Shown here in pieces: positions 43,075 to 57,500 of a stretch of DNA of 64,000 nucleotides. Where the stretch lies: contig JBODTK010000015.1 in the NCBI GenBank assembly GCA_050613775.1, positions 682,001-746,000 on the forward strand, given 5' to 3'. The translations under genes and the position numbers were made by a program. A model generated the notes under the pieces. That model was not told where the DNA came from. It was given only the letters and a program-made list of their open reading frames with translations, and did not search any database. Position 1 is the first letter of the stretch; each line of letters opens with the position of its first letter. Origin of the DNA: Neocallimastix sp. 'constans'. Its lineage: Eukaryota.

Positions 43075-46000
43075 TATTAAAGTATTTATGGAATTAGCAT
43101 TTATATATTATATTTATTATAATTATATATAATCAATAATAATAGTATTAATTAAAATTATTTATTTATTCAATTATTTATTTATTTGCTTATTTATTTA
43201 TTTTATTTCGTTTTATTTCATTTTATTTGATTATGTTTCAATCCTATTTGATTATCAAAATAGGATAAACAATATTAGTAAATTAATTAATTAATAAATT
43301 ATATTGCTTTTCATTCCATTCATATTAAAGAAACTATAAATATTCTATTCAAAGTAATTACTTATTATTAATATATTTATACATTCAATCCATTCAATTC
43401 TATTATACGAAATATAATTGTAAGGAGGATAATGATAATTATCATAAAATAAAAACTTTATTTAAACTTTATATATTTAAAAAAAAAAATTTACATATTA
43501 AACATGAATGATAGTCGAAAATTTAAATAATAATTAAATATACATCGACATCAATATCGACATAGGGTACTAAATTATTGAAATAATAAATTGATATATT
43601 TAATCTATCTATCTATCAATAAATATTCCCATTGTCACCAAAATCTTAAATTTTTTTTATTTTTAGGTTCTTTTTTTTTTCTTTGTTAGTTAATAATGCT
43701 TTAATTTTTTTTTTTTTTTTTATAAAAGCTGTTCTCTATGCGAAAGAAAGCTAGAAAGAAAAAAAAAAAAAAGTAACATTTTAATAATATTATTAAAAAA
43801 AAAATGATTTAAAGATCTAATAAAAGATTATAAATTAAAAATAATAATAATAATAATAAATAACTCCATAAATAAATAAATAAATAAATAATAATATTAA
43901 TAATAATAATAAAGATAAAAAAGATAAATAAATAAAAAAAAAAATTAAATTAAAATGGGATATTTTTTTTTTACATTTTATTTATTTTTTAATATAAATA
44001 GGATTGAATATATATAGGTATGATAGGATGGATATAAATATTAAGACTTTTCTTATAAATATTGATATGATTTAATTTAATACAATTTAAAAAAAAAAAA
44101 AAATTAATGAAATCAATTTTTTAATTTGATGATAAACTTTTTTTATTAAAATTTTTATTATTTTTTGTATAAATTTATATAAAATAAATTAAACACAAAA
44201 AGTTATAAAAAAAAAAATTGGTCAACATTAAATAAAAAATTTTTAATTTAATTTTATAGATAGTACACCAAAGAGAGCTTTTTTTTTATTTTTATATATA
44301 ATGAACAATGTTTAAACCAACTCTTAATCTTTTTTATATTTATTATTTTACTCAAGATTTATTACGTATAATGTTGATCTTTATTTACAAGCCACATCAT
44401 TAAAATAGATTTTATATTTTAACAAAAAAAATTTTTTTAATTAGGTTTCTTCAAAAAAAAAGTAATTTTTTTTTCTTTTAAAATGATGACTCAACTCAAT
44501 CTTAAATATAATAATAAATAAAAAAAAAAAGTTCAAAAAATAAATTAAATCATTTAATTATAATATATATAATATATAATAATGTTTTTTTTTAATAAAA
44601 ATAATTTATTATAAAATTAAAATTAAATAAATTAAATAAATAAATAGATAAATAAAATAAATAAATAAATAAAAGTTAACCCAATTTCAAAAGCATCCAC
44701 GATCTCATGATACTAAATAATAATACTATTATTATTATGAAGTTTATAAGATTAATAATATCTTTCATAACTAATAAAAATAAAAATGTTTAAAAAACAA
44801 AAAAAAAACAACTTTTATAATAATATTCAATAATATATTATTTAAAAATAAAAAATCTCAAAAAAATATTACTATGAATAATATAAATAAATATATTCAA
44901 AAATTAAAAATATATATAATAAAAATAATAAAATAGCAATTAAATATTTATATCATTTATTTATTTATTCATATCATATATTTATTTATTCATATCATTT
45001 ATTTATTTATTTATTTATTAATAGTCTCGAAAACTGTCTCCAATATTAAAGTTTTACGATGATGATGATTTTATGATAGATTTAAAATCTTTAAATATTT
45101 TTTTTTTTAATATTATTATTTTATTTTTTATTTTTATAATTTATATAATAGTATTATATAAATTATAAATAAACAAACAAAAAAAAAGGGATTAAATATA
45201 TAAAATATGTTTAAAATTGATTATTTCATTAATTCATCAAATTCATCAATTAATTAAAAGTAAAGAGTTTTAAGGGGAAAAAGAATTGAATTCAGTTGAT
45301 TTCATTCAAAGCATCTTAAATATTAATAAATAAATAAATAATAAAGAAAGATAGAAAGAAAACGATATCATCTTTACTTAATAAACTAGTCTATAAATAA
45401 AAGAGAGAAAGAGAGTAAGTGAATGTGAAATGCTCTTAAATCCTTAAATCAAAATAAAAGATAAAAAATAATAAAAAAAAAATGGCCATTAATAAATTTT
45501 TTTTGTTTTTTTTTTTTTGTAAATATAAAAAAAAAAAATTATTAAAGTTTAAATACAATTACAAATTTCTTAATATCGAAAAAAATAACAATGTAAATTA
45601 AAATTAGAATTAGAATTAGAAATAATAAAAAATAATTAAATGATTACTAAATGATATAAATAAATAATATATATATAATAAATATAATATATAATATATA
45701 TTCTTATTATAATGTGGGTGATATTTTATATATTAATTTAATATCAATTATTATTCCTAATAAAACTTTGTTTAAAAAAAAAAAATAAAAATTGAGTCTT
45801 ATTATAGGTGACAACAACTAAAAACTAATAATAATAACAATTCATAAATAATATTATTATTATTATTAAATAAAACAATAAATGAAAGAGTACATTGTAA
45901 TAAAAGAAAGAATACATTTTAATAAAAGAAAGAATACATTGTAATAAAAGAAGGATTCAATCGATATAAATAAATGGAAAACAAAAAATAAAAATATTAG

Positions 46001-46309
46001 TAATAATACTAAAACTGGTAAGCATCATTATCATGACAAACTAAATTTATATGATATGGATTATATAATATTATATATGATATAATAGTATTTATAGTAT
46101 ATAGTATAGATATAATTATATTAATAATAAATAACTCTTTTAATTATTTTAAAATAACTTTTAATTAAAATAAAAAAAAAAAAATTATCCAAATCCTATT
46201 TATTCTAATCATCCTCCATGACGCAAAAAAAAGGCATTTTCCAAAAGGTTGGTTTGAAATGGGATAAATTTTATAGAAATTGTTTCCATATTTGTTAAAT
46301 TATTATCTA

Positions 46310-46470
46310 TAAAAAGTATATCTATGGAAGTGTTAATATAGAAGTATATGTATAGGAATGTATATATCTATGGAAGTATTAATATAGAAGTATATATATA
46401 GGAATGTATATATCTATGGAAGTATATATATAGAAGTATTAATATATCTATGGAAGTATTAATATAGAAA
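46310..46470. repeat. Minisatellite (ATATCTATGGAAGTATTAATATAGAAGT-like)
   Basis: About 4 degenerate copies. Confidence 0.8.
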
Positions 46471-46664
46471 TGAATATTTATAGAAATATTAATATAAAAG
46501 TATATATTTATATAGAAATTATATATATATATAAAAATTTACATATATAAAAGTAGATATCTAATTTATAATATATATATATATTCTAATTATAACTCTA
46601 TCGATTATCTCAATCATTTAATCCTTTCTTTTCTTCATATAACTATTCTCGGTGTCGAAGTTGC

Positions 46665-46752
46665 AGATAAATTGAACTTTAACTTGGTTGTACTCCATTA
46701 GATAAATTGAACTTTAACTTGGTTGTACTCCATTAGATAAATTGAACTTTAA
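46665..46752. repeat. 35-bp tandem repeat (2.5 copies)
   Basis: AGATAAATTGAACTTTAACTTGGTTGTACTCCATT twice plus a partial copy; another partial copy at ~46777. Confidence 0.9.
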
Positions 46753-47922
46753 TATCTTAAAAAAAAAAAAAAGATGAGATAAATTGAACTTTAATATCAT
46801 TTATGAAGAAATAGCCATAAAACTCTTTAATTTTATTCTATATATAAATAAATAAACAATTATGTTCACCATCTAATTTTACACACATCCATAAATATAT
46901 TTAACTATCTATAAAAAATAAAAATAAAAATAAAAATAAAAATAATAAAAAATTAATTTATCTCATTTATTATAAATCTTACACATATTTTATATATTTA
47001 ACTAAAATAAATAAAAGTATATCCATTTTTTTTTTATTATTATTATTATATTGTATCAATACCACATAAATAAAAAGTAAAAAAATAAAATTGTTTTTGT
47101 TTATTTTTAATATAAAAGTTGATTATTATTCAAATATTTATTATTATTCAATTATTTATTTATTATTCAATTATTTATTTATTATTCAATTATTTATTTA
47201 TTATTCAATTATTTATTTATTATTCAATTATTTATTTATTATTCAATTATTTATTTATTATTCAATTATTCAATTATTTATTATTTATTATTATTAATAC
47301 CATCTTTTATTATTTATTATTCAATTATTTATTATACATGTATATTTTAATTTCATAATATTGTAATCTCGTAAATTTTTATAATATTTCGACAAAGGAA
47401 TCTCTACCGCCCGAAAATATTAATATAATTATTAATAAATGGGACATACGTACAATAAATTCAGTAGAAAAATAAAAAAAAAAAAAATTCAGTAGAAAAT
47501 TTTTAATAAAAAAAATTCAATAAAAAAAAAATTACTTAATGAATAATATATATAATATACAAATAAATAAACAAATAAACAAATAAACAAATAAACAGAT
47601 ATGTAAATAAATAAATAAATAAATAGTTAAAATTATCATTTATAGAAATAGTGATATAATATATAATATAAAATAATGAATGAAAAGTTAGAGTGATTAA
47701 TGTGTTGTTGTTTTTGTTTTTTTTTTTACTAATTTTTTTTTATAATTCTTTCCTTTGAGTTATTTTTATATTTATTTAATTATATGTATCAATTAAAGTA
47801 AATAAATAAATAAAATAAATAAATAATATATATTTATATATTCTCTTTTTTTTTTTTTTTTTATTCTCTTTTTTTTCATTCTCTCTTAATTTTTTAATAA
47901 TAATCATTCCTCATGATATTTT

Positions 47923-47971
<49 letters not shown>

Positions 47972-48824
47972 AAGGCTAAAATAAAAAAAGAATAAAAAAA
48001 AGAAATATACAAATTATATATTCAATTAGATAAGGATACAAGTATATATATGTATATATATGATTATATGATATAATTCATTATTAACTATATATAATAT
48101 TTTTTATTAAATAATAATTAATAATTATTAATAATTTATTTGTTATGAATAATTAATTTGTAATTAATAATTAATAATTTGTTGGTTATTAATTCTTTCC
48201 CAAATTTCAATAGAAATACTAATTAAAAATTTTAAAAGGACAAAAAACTATTATTTAGTTATTATAAATTATTATTTAATTATTAATTCATTATTTAATT
48301 ATTAATTCATTATTTAATTATTTAATTATTTGATAATGATGTTGATCTTTTTTACAAAAAATAAAAAAAAAAAAAAAATTATAATAATACAAAAAAAAAA
48401 TTACTAGTGAAATCTTGGTTTTAAATGATGATATTTATAATAAATAATATTAATATTAAATAATATTAAATAATAAATAACAGATAATAGATAATAATAT
48501 AATAAATAATAATAAATAATAATAACTTTATATAACTTTTAAATGGGATTTATATTTCTTCTAATTTTTTTTTTTTTAAAAAAAGAAATAATAATTGGCA
48601 AAAAAAAAAAAAAAAATTATCACCTTTTTTTTTTATTATTAAAAAATCTTATGATCTTCTTCTTAGAATAATTTAAATATTTATTTATTTTATATTTTAT
48701 TTATTTATTTATTTATTTATTTATTAATTTTTCTACCTCATTTATTTTTCCTGCTCTAAAAAATAAATTCAAAATATAAATTTAACGTAACCCTTTATAT
48801 AATAATTTTATAATAATTTTATAA

Positions 48825-48862
<38 letters not shown>

Positions 48863-49221
48863 AAGAAATAACCATTAAAATATGAGAAAATATAATTATA
48901 AATATTAATAAGAGAAAAGAAAGATATCTCAACAATTCAATCAAAGAAAGACCAAAAAAAAATAAAAATAAAAATAAAAATAAAGATAAAAATAAAAAAG
49001 AAAGTAGAAATAAATAAAAGTTAATTCTATAAAAAAAAAATTTTTTTTTTTCTTGTTAATAGAAAAGTATAGTTAATGTAAAAAGAGAAAAGAAATATAA
49101 TCAAGTATTATCAATCTTTTTTTTTTTAAAAAAATATTTACATAATAAATATAAAATAAATCATAAAATAGAAAAAAAATATAAAATTTATAATCTATTT
49201 ATGTCATTTTATACACTATCA

Positions 49222-49258
<37 letters not shown>

Positions 49259-52019
49259 GTTTTATTTCATTTAAAACTCAACTTTTTAATTAAATAAATA
49301 AATAAATAAAATTTTAGTAAATATTTAATATTTAAGAAAAATTTATTTTTTCACATTTTTTAGAATACTTTTAATTATTAAAAGAAAAAAAGAAAAAAAA
49401 AACTTTTTTTCCTTTATTTTACTTCCTTTTCTTTCTTTCATTCTTTCTCATTCTTTCTTTTTTCATTTCAATACTATCTATTGCTAATTTCAACAACTTC
49501 ATATCTCTAATCTAATCTTTTTTTTTTTTTTTTGTTTTGTTTTAATTGCTATTTCATTAAATTCAACTCATTAAATATAAACAACAGTTAATTATTGAAC
49601 AATAGATAATAAATAATAAAAAGAATATCTATTAATGAATAATAAATAATAAAAAGGATAAAAAGAATATTTATTAATGAATAATAAATAATAAAAAGGA
49701 TAAAAAGAATATTTATTAACGAATAATAAATAATAAAAAGGATAAAAAGAATATTTATTAATGAATAATAAATAATAAATAATAAATAATTAAATATTTA
49801 AATTTAAATATATAAAAATTTATTATTTTTATATAAAAATATAAATATAATTATATTTATATTTATATATTTATATAATTATAATTATAATTATAATTAT
49901 AATTATAATTATATTTACATATTTATTTATATTTATTTTTTTACATTTTTCTTATTACACCACCAACCAACCCAGTTTATGAATTCATTATCCATTGATA
50001 CAACATGTTTTGTTCTTTTTACTCTTACTAAATAACTTCTCCTTAATTAACCATTATATATAATTTTTTTTTTGATATTTTATTTTATTTTATTTTATTT
50101 TTTAATTAACCATTATATATAATTTTTTTGATATTTTATTTTATTTTTTTTTATTTTTTTTTTTTGTTATCTTGTTGTTTAGCTTTTTTTTTTTTTTTTT
50201 AATTTTTTTTTCTCACTATGTTGTAAGTTAAAACATAACAATATAACCATATCTTTAATCATTTTATCGTTATTATTTATTATTTATTATTTATAATTTA
50301 TAATTGATTATTTATTATTTATAATTTATAATTGATTATTTATTATTTATTATTTATTATTTATTATTTATTATTTATTATTTATTATTTATTATTTATT
50401 ATTTATTATTTATTATTTATTATTTATTATTTATTATTTATTATTTATTATTTATTATTTATTATTTATTATTTATTATTTATTATTTATTTATTTATTA
50501 TTTATTATTTATTATTTATTATTTATTATTTATTATTTATTATTTATTATTTATTATTTATTATTTATTATTTATTATTTATTATTTATTATTTATTATT
50601 ACTTATTTATTATTTATTATTATTTATTAATTTATTACTATTTTAATTATTTTTTACTATTTTGTCATGTCATTTGATTTGAATTTTTTATGACATGAAA
50701 ATTATTTTATTATTTATTTCATTTTATTTTATAATATATTATAATATATTTCAATCCTAGATTATATAATACATTATTATATTATAGCATATATTATATT
50801 ATATTGGATAATAGTGATTTAAATGAAATTTATTCAATATAAATATAAATATATGATATAATATATGAAGTAATATAATAGCAATTAAATGTATTCTACC
50901 TAAATCAATATAAAAAGTTTAAATTTTGAAATTTAAAATATTAAAAAAAATTCAAAAAATCAAAAATATAAAAAATCATATTGTTAATAAATATAATAAA
51001 TAATTATTGAATGATAAATAATAATAATGAAGAGTATTTATTAATAAATAATAAATAATAATAAAAAGAGTAACTAATGATAAATAATAAAAATAATAAA
51101 AATAGTATTTATTAATAAATAATAAAAGGAATAAAAAGAGTATTAATAACAAATAATGATAAAAGTCTTTATTCATAATAAATAATAAAAAAAGAATATT
51201 TATATAAAAATAAATAAATAATAAATAATAAATAAATAAATAAATAATAAATAAATAAATAAATCATTTTTTAATTTATATAAATATAGATAATAGATTA
51301 GTTTGAATAAAAATTTTAATTATTATTAAATTATAATATGATTTAATTTATTTAATTTTTTAATTATTTTTTTATTAATTTATATCAAAAATAGATAAAG
51401 TCTTTTAAAGTTAATGATTTGTATTTTTTTTTTCTTTTGTATATTGTCACAAAATTAAATGAATGAATGAAATAAATGAAATTAACCATAATAAGATTAA
51501 TTAAAACTTAATTTATTATCGAATGAATTAATATATGATTTACGTATATTAGAGTAAATTTTATTTTAATTAAATTTAATTAAATTTTGAAAATAAATAA
51601 ATAAAAAAGAAATGGAATAAGTAAATGAATAAATAAATAATAAATAAATTTAAAAATTAAGAAAACAAATGAATTAAATAAAAACAATTAATATTAATAT
51701 TTATTATTAAAAGATTATAAAAGATATTATTGTATATAATAAAATATTATTTATAATATTAATAATTAATATATTTTATTCAATTTGATTTTATTCCATT
51801 CTATTTATTTATCTGTATTAGTTTTATATTTATTAATAAAATGTACATATATATTTTATATAATTTATATTGTTAATAATAAATAATAAATAATAAGTAA
51901 TAAATAATTAAATAATAAATAACTAAATAATAAATAATGGAATAATAATGGAATAATAAAAAATTGAATAATAATTTATTTTTTTATTAATTTATTTATT
52001 TCTTTTTTTTTTTTTTTCA

Positions 52020-52042
52020 TATAAAAAGTTAAGTTTTTTCTC
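52020..52042 (+). promoter_or_regulatory. Putative TATA box plus pyrimidine element, GH43 copy 2
   Basis: TTTTTTTCATATAAA is identical to copy 1; TTTCTC lies 17 nt after the TATA start. Confidence 0.5.
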
Positions 52043-52096
52043 TCGAATTTTTTTTTTTTTTTATCTTTATCTTTATTGTATTAAAATATATTTAAA

Positions 52097-53077
52097 ATGG
52101 CTAGTATTCAAAAGATTCCTTTAGTTACTGACACTTACACCGCTGATCCGTCTGCTCACGTCTTCAACGGTAAAATTTACATTTACCCATCCCACGATCG
52201 TGATATCGAAACCATCGATAACGATAATGGTGATCAATATGATATGAAGGATTACCACGTCTATGAAATGGACGACGAAAACACTCTTCCACGTGACTGT
52301 GGTAAGGTTTTAGATATTGCTGACATTCCATGGGTTTCTAAGCAACTTTGGGCTCCAGATTGTGCCGAAAAGGATGGAAAGTACTACTTCTTCTATCCAG
52401 CTCGTGATAAGGAAGGTTTCTTCCGTATTGGTGTTGCTATTGGTGACAAGCCAGGAGGTCCATTCAAGCCAGAACCAAACTACATTCAAGGTACCTACAG
52501 TATTGATCCATGTATCTTCCCAGATACTGACAAGAACTACTACCTTACCTTCGGTGGTATTTGGGGTGGTCAACTCGACAAGTACCGTAACAATGTTTAC
52601 GATGAAAAGAACGAAGAACCAACCGGTGAAACTCCAGCTGTCTGTGCTAAGATTGCCAAGATGAACCCAGACATGAAGACTCTTGCCGAAGCTCCACGTG
52701 ATATTGTCATTTTAGATGAAAACGGTAAGCCACTTACCGGTAAGGATCACGACAGACGTTACTTTGAAGATCCATGGCTCTACAAGAAGGGTGACACCTA
52801 CTACTTCACCTACTCCACTGGTGATACTCACTTCTTATGTTGGTCTACCAGTAAGAATGTTTACGGTCCATACACCTACGGTGGTAAGATCTTAACTCCA
52901 GTTCTTGGTTGGACTTCTCACCACTCTATTCTTGAATACCACGGTAAGTGGTGGTTATTCTACCACGATTGTGAAATTTCCAAGGGAGTTAACCACAAGC
53001 GTAATGTTAAGTTCAGAGAACTTAAGTATGATGACAAGGGTGGAATTATTACTATGGATGGTACTTTAGGTGCTTAA
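52097..53077 (+). CDS. GH43 beta-xylosidase/alpha-L-arabinofuranosidase, copy 2
   Basis: 326 aa, identical to copy 1 except PLAGKD to PLTGKD. Confidence 0.93.
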   Translation: MASIQKIPLVTDTYTADPSAHVFNGKIYIYPSHDRDIETIDNDNGDQYDMKDYHVYEMDDENTLPRDCGKVLDIADIPWVSKQLWAPDCAEKDGKYYFFYPARDKEGFFRIGVAIGDKPGGPFKPEPNYIQGTYSIDPCIFPDTDKNYYLTFGGIWGGQLDKYRNNVYDEKNEEPTGETPAVCAKIAKMNPDMKTLAEAPRDIVILDENGKPLTGKDHDRRYFEDPWLYKKGDTYYFTYSTGDTHFLCWSTSKNVYGPYTYGGKILTPVLGWTSHHSILEYHGKWWLFYHDCEISKGVNHKRNVKFRELKYDDKGGIITMDGTLGA

Positions 53078-54369
53078 ATGAAATGAAATGAATGACTATA
53101 AAAAAAAATAAATCCCTTTTTGTATAAAAATAATAAAAAAAAGTAGCAAGGGAATATTAAAATATTTTAAATATATCAAAAAGATAAATTCTTTTATTTT
53201 TTTTTTTTTCTTTTTTAATTTTTCTTAATTTTTTATTAAATAATAAAAAGAAAAGGGAAAAAAAAAGAAAAGGAAAAAAAAAAGAAAGTAAATAAATAGA
53301 TCAAATGACCTTTTTTTTAATATAATATTAAAATTTTTTGTATCAAAATAAATTAATAAATGAATTAAAATTTTGTGAAGAAAATTTTATATTATAAAAA
53401 ATAAAATTTTTTTTATCTTTAATAGTTAAATCAAAATGCAAATAATTGTAATAAAAATTTCAAAAAAAAAATATTGAAAAAAAAAAAAAGATTGAATAAT
53501 CAAATCAAGGCAAAATAATTAAAATAATTAAAAAAGAAAAAAAAAAAAAAACGATCACTTTTATTTAATAATAAAAAAAAAAAAAAGTGTATCAAAAAAA
53601 AACAAAAAATGTAATATATCTTTTTTTTTAAAAAAAAAATAGCCTATAATAATAAAAAAAATAAAAAAAAAAAATAGAAAAAAAAAGTTTTTATAATTTG
53701 TTGAACTTTTTGTTTTGTGTGTTCCTATGTGTTTGTATTTTATTTTATACTTATTTCAAATTAAATTATGATAATGATGATGATTTTTTTTATATTATAT
53801 TATTTATTATTTATTATTTATTATTTTATTTGTAACATCCATATAGAAAAAGAATATATTACATATTTAAATTTTTAAATAATTTAAATTAAATTGAATA
53901 TATTATATTAAATTAGATTTATATATTATATAATATATTCTATTTAATTATAATATATACTATTATATACTATAGAGTTGTTAATCTTTTATTTTATTTT
54001 TATTTTTATTATTATTTTTTTTTTTAGTTTATTTTAAATTTTTTTAAATAGATTGTAGGATTGGAAGGAAAAAAAAAAGGAAAAGGTCATGAAACAACAA
54101 AGATTTGATATCACTCTCATTCACTCTCATTCACTTCCAAAAACACCTTTTTATTTTTTATTTTCTTTTTTTTGGTTTTAGTTTTGATTTAAAAATCAAA
54201 ACTCTTAGAAAAAAAAAAAAAAAAAAAAAAAAATCCTAACCCATATATATATTTTAATTATATTTTAATTATTTTTTTCTAGGTAGTAGTAGAGAGATGA
54301 GATAGAGACAGATATTTCAACTATTATTTCTTTTTTTTTGATGATCTATTAAATGATATTTTAATTATA

Positions 54370-54512
54370 TTTATATCTAAGTATTATTATTACTGTTTTA
54401 TTTCAAGTTTTTTTTTTTTTTTTTATGAAAAGAATTTAATTAAATTTATATCTAAGTATTATTATTACTATTTTATTTCAAGTTTTTTTTTTTTTTTTTA
54501 TGAAAAGAATTT
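54370..54512. repeat. ~75-bp tandem duplication
   Basis: TTTATATCTAAGTATTATTATTACT...TTTCAAG(T)nATGAAAAGAATTT occurs twice. Confidence 0.85.
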
Positions 54513-57500
54513 TCAAGTATTTTTTAATTCAAAATATAATAAAATAAAAATAAAAATAAAAAATAAAAAAAATTAATATTGACTATTAATTACTTTTTAT
54601 ACTATTAATTCATAGCATTATTAATTAAAAAATATAATTATCTAATTTTTTATCTAATTCTAGTATAATAAATAAACAAACAAACAAATAAATAAATAAA
54701 TAAATAATAGAATCATTTCATTATACTTTTTCTCTTTTAACCAATTTTATTCCATCATTAATTTTTTCTATATCAATATACATATATGTAACATTATATT
54801 ATTTTTTTTATATATATAGTTTATTTTTATCTAAATATTTTATATATACATATACATATACATATTTATATGCATGACTTTTATATACATTTATGGATAA
54901 TAATATAAAAAAAAAAAAGGCATAAAAAGAGTGAGAAATTATTAAAAAAAAAATTATCCTCTATGAAATATACCATAAATTTTTTAAAGTGTATATATTA
55001 TTGTAGATAAAAATTGAAATAAAAAATAATAATTAATAAATAAATATAAACATACAAATAAATAAGTAAATAAATATATACATATATATAAATACATAAA
55101 TAATATATTGTATTAATAATTATAATTATATTTAAATAAGTATTTATCCTTATTTTAACTTTGACGACAACAAAGATGTAAATTTGGAATCAATAAAAAA
55201 AAAAATCCTTTGTTATTCATCTCTTTATGGAATTAGAAGGCGTTCATAATTGAATAATAATTAAAATGATGTATTCACATTAACTATTATTGTAAATCAA
55301 TTAATCTATTTATATTTATTTATATAGATTTATCTCTCTATACTTCTTTTATTTCTTTTATTTCTTTAATTCTTTTTTGCTTATTAATAATTTAAAAAAA
55401 TTATTTATATATATAAATATATATATAAATATTTAAATTATTATTTAAATATCAAACTTTTGACCCCTATTGATTTTATTAATAATATTATTTATTTAAT
55501 TTACATCATTATTTATAGACTCTTTTATATATATAATATTTATATATTTCATTCCTTAATGTAGTTTTATATAAAAATAAAAAAAGATAATTAGAATATA
55601 AAAAATTAAAAGAAATATATATATATGTATATATAAAGTTCAAATAAAATAAAAATTATATTTATTTCTTTATAATATATTTTATTTTATATTTTGCTTT
55701 AAATGAATGATATAATTTATAATTATTTATTTTATTTTATATTGTAAATGGTAATAAAAAAAAAAAAAACGAGTGATATTTTATAGAAGGATTAGATTAT
55801 ATATAAATATCAATATAAATATATTTATTGAATTTCTATATTTAATATTTATATTTATATTTAATATTTATATTTATATTTATATTTACATTTATATTTA
55901 TATTTATGTTTATATTTAATATTTATATTTTTATTTATATTTAATATCTATATTTATATTTCTATATTTAAATATTTACATACATCTTTTTTTTTTTTTT
56001 TTATTTTCAATTTAAATGTTTTTAATATGTATTTTATTTTAATAGATGAAATAAAATAATTTAAAAAATTAAAATTAAATAAATCAAACTAAAATTAAAT
56101 AAATCATATTGAAATTAAATAAATCCAAACCTAAACATCATAAATCATATTAAAAAATTAAAAGAAATCAAATTAAAAATTAAAAAATTAAAATTATAAA
56201 AATTTAAATTTATTATTAATTTCTTTTTTATATTATTTATTTATTTATTTATTTATTTATATTTATTTATTTATTTTTATTAATAGCATTTTCATATTTT
56301 GTTGACCTGAATTTAATTTTGAGATAAAAAAATTTTTTTTTAGTTTTTATTTTATCATCCATTCATACATAATTTATGGGTTATTGGATTGGGTTTCATT
56401 TTTTATTTAATTTAAACATCATTTCATTTCATTTTATTTCATTTCATTTTATTTCATTTTATTTCATTTCATTTAATTAAAAATTTACTTTTTTTTTATT
56501 TTTTTAATTTAGAATGATGAGTAATTTTTTTTGTATTAAATTTTAATTTTATATTAAATCTTATTTTTATTTAATTAATAAATTTATTAAATAATAAATT
56601 ACAAAAAAAAAATTAAAATTAAATATTAATATTATATAAATAAATAAAAAAAAAAAAAACGGTTAATAAACCAGATTTAAATTTATTATATATTATTTTA
56701 AAATTAAAAGTTTTTTTACATATATAAAAATATATTAAATATATATAAAAATATAAATTGTAGAATATAATAATAATATATAATAAAAATAATTGATAAT
56801 TTTAATTTTAAAATAAATATGGGAATCATTTTTAAGCCACTACATTAGAAATAAAATTTAAAGATAAAAATAAAGGTACAAAATAGGTTCTATGCCTATC
56901 ATGTGGTATCCTAGGTGGTATCATGTAATCATATGATATCACATAAATTAATGTAAATACTGTGTAATGTGTCATCCATTTTTCTTCATTTTTCTTCATG
57001 TATCTTTTATTTTTTATTTGGTAAAATTAAATAAATAAATTAATTAAAAAAAAAAGTTTAAAGAGTTTATCTTTAATTTTTTTTATTGTTTTTTTTTTTT
57101 ATTTGGTTAAAATATAATTAAAACTAAAATATAAAATATAATTAAAAAATATAATTAGACTAAAAAAAAGTATAAAATATAATTAAAATAAAAAATATAA
57201 AAAATATAAAAAATATAATTAAAATGATTAAAAATAATAATAAAAATAAAATATTTTATAATTCTTTTTTTTCTGTTAATTTTTTTTTTTTTTTTTTTTT
57301 TACTATATATTGTCCATTATTTAAATGATTATTTAATTAGCGATAATGCTATCTTAATACTTTAATAAAATAATATTGTATAGCATACCATAAAAGAGGA
57401 CTATCATATTAATCATGAATTATAATTTATTATTCATTTTTATTATTATTATTAGTAAATATTAATTATTAAATATTCAATATCTCTACATTACGATCTA

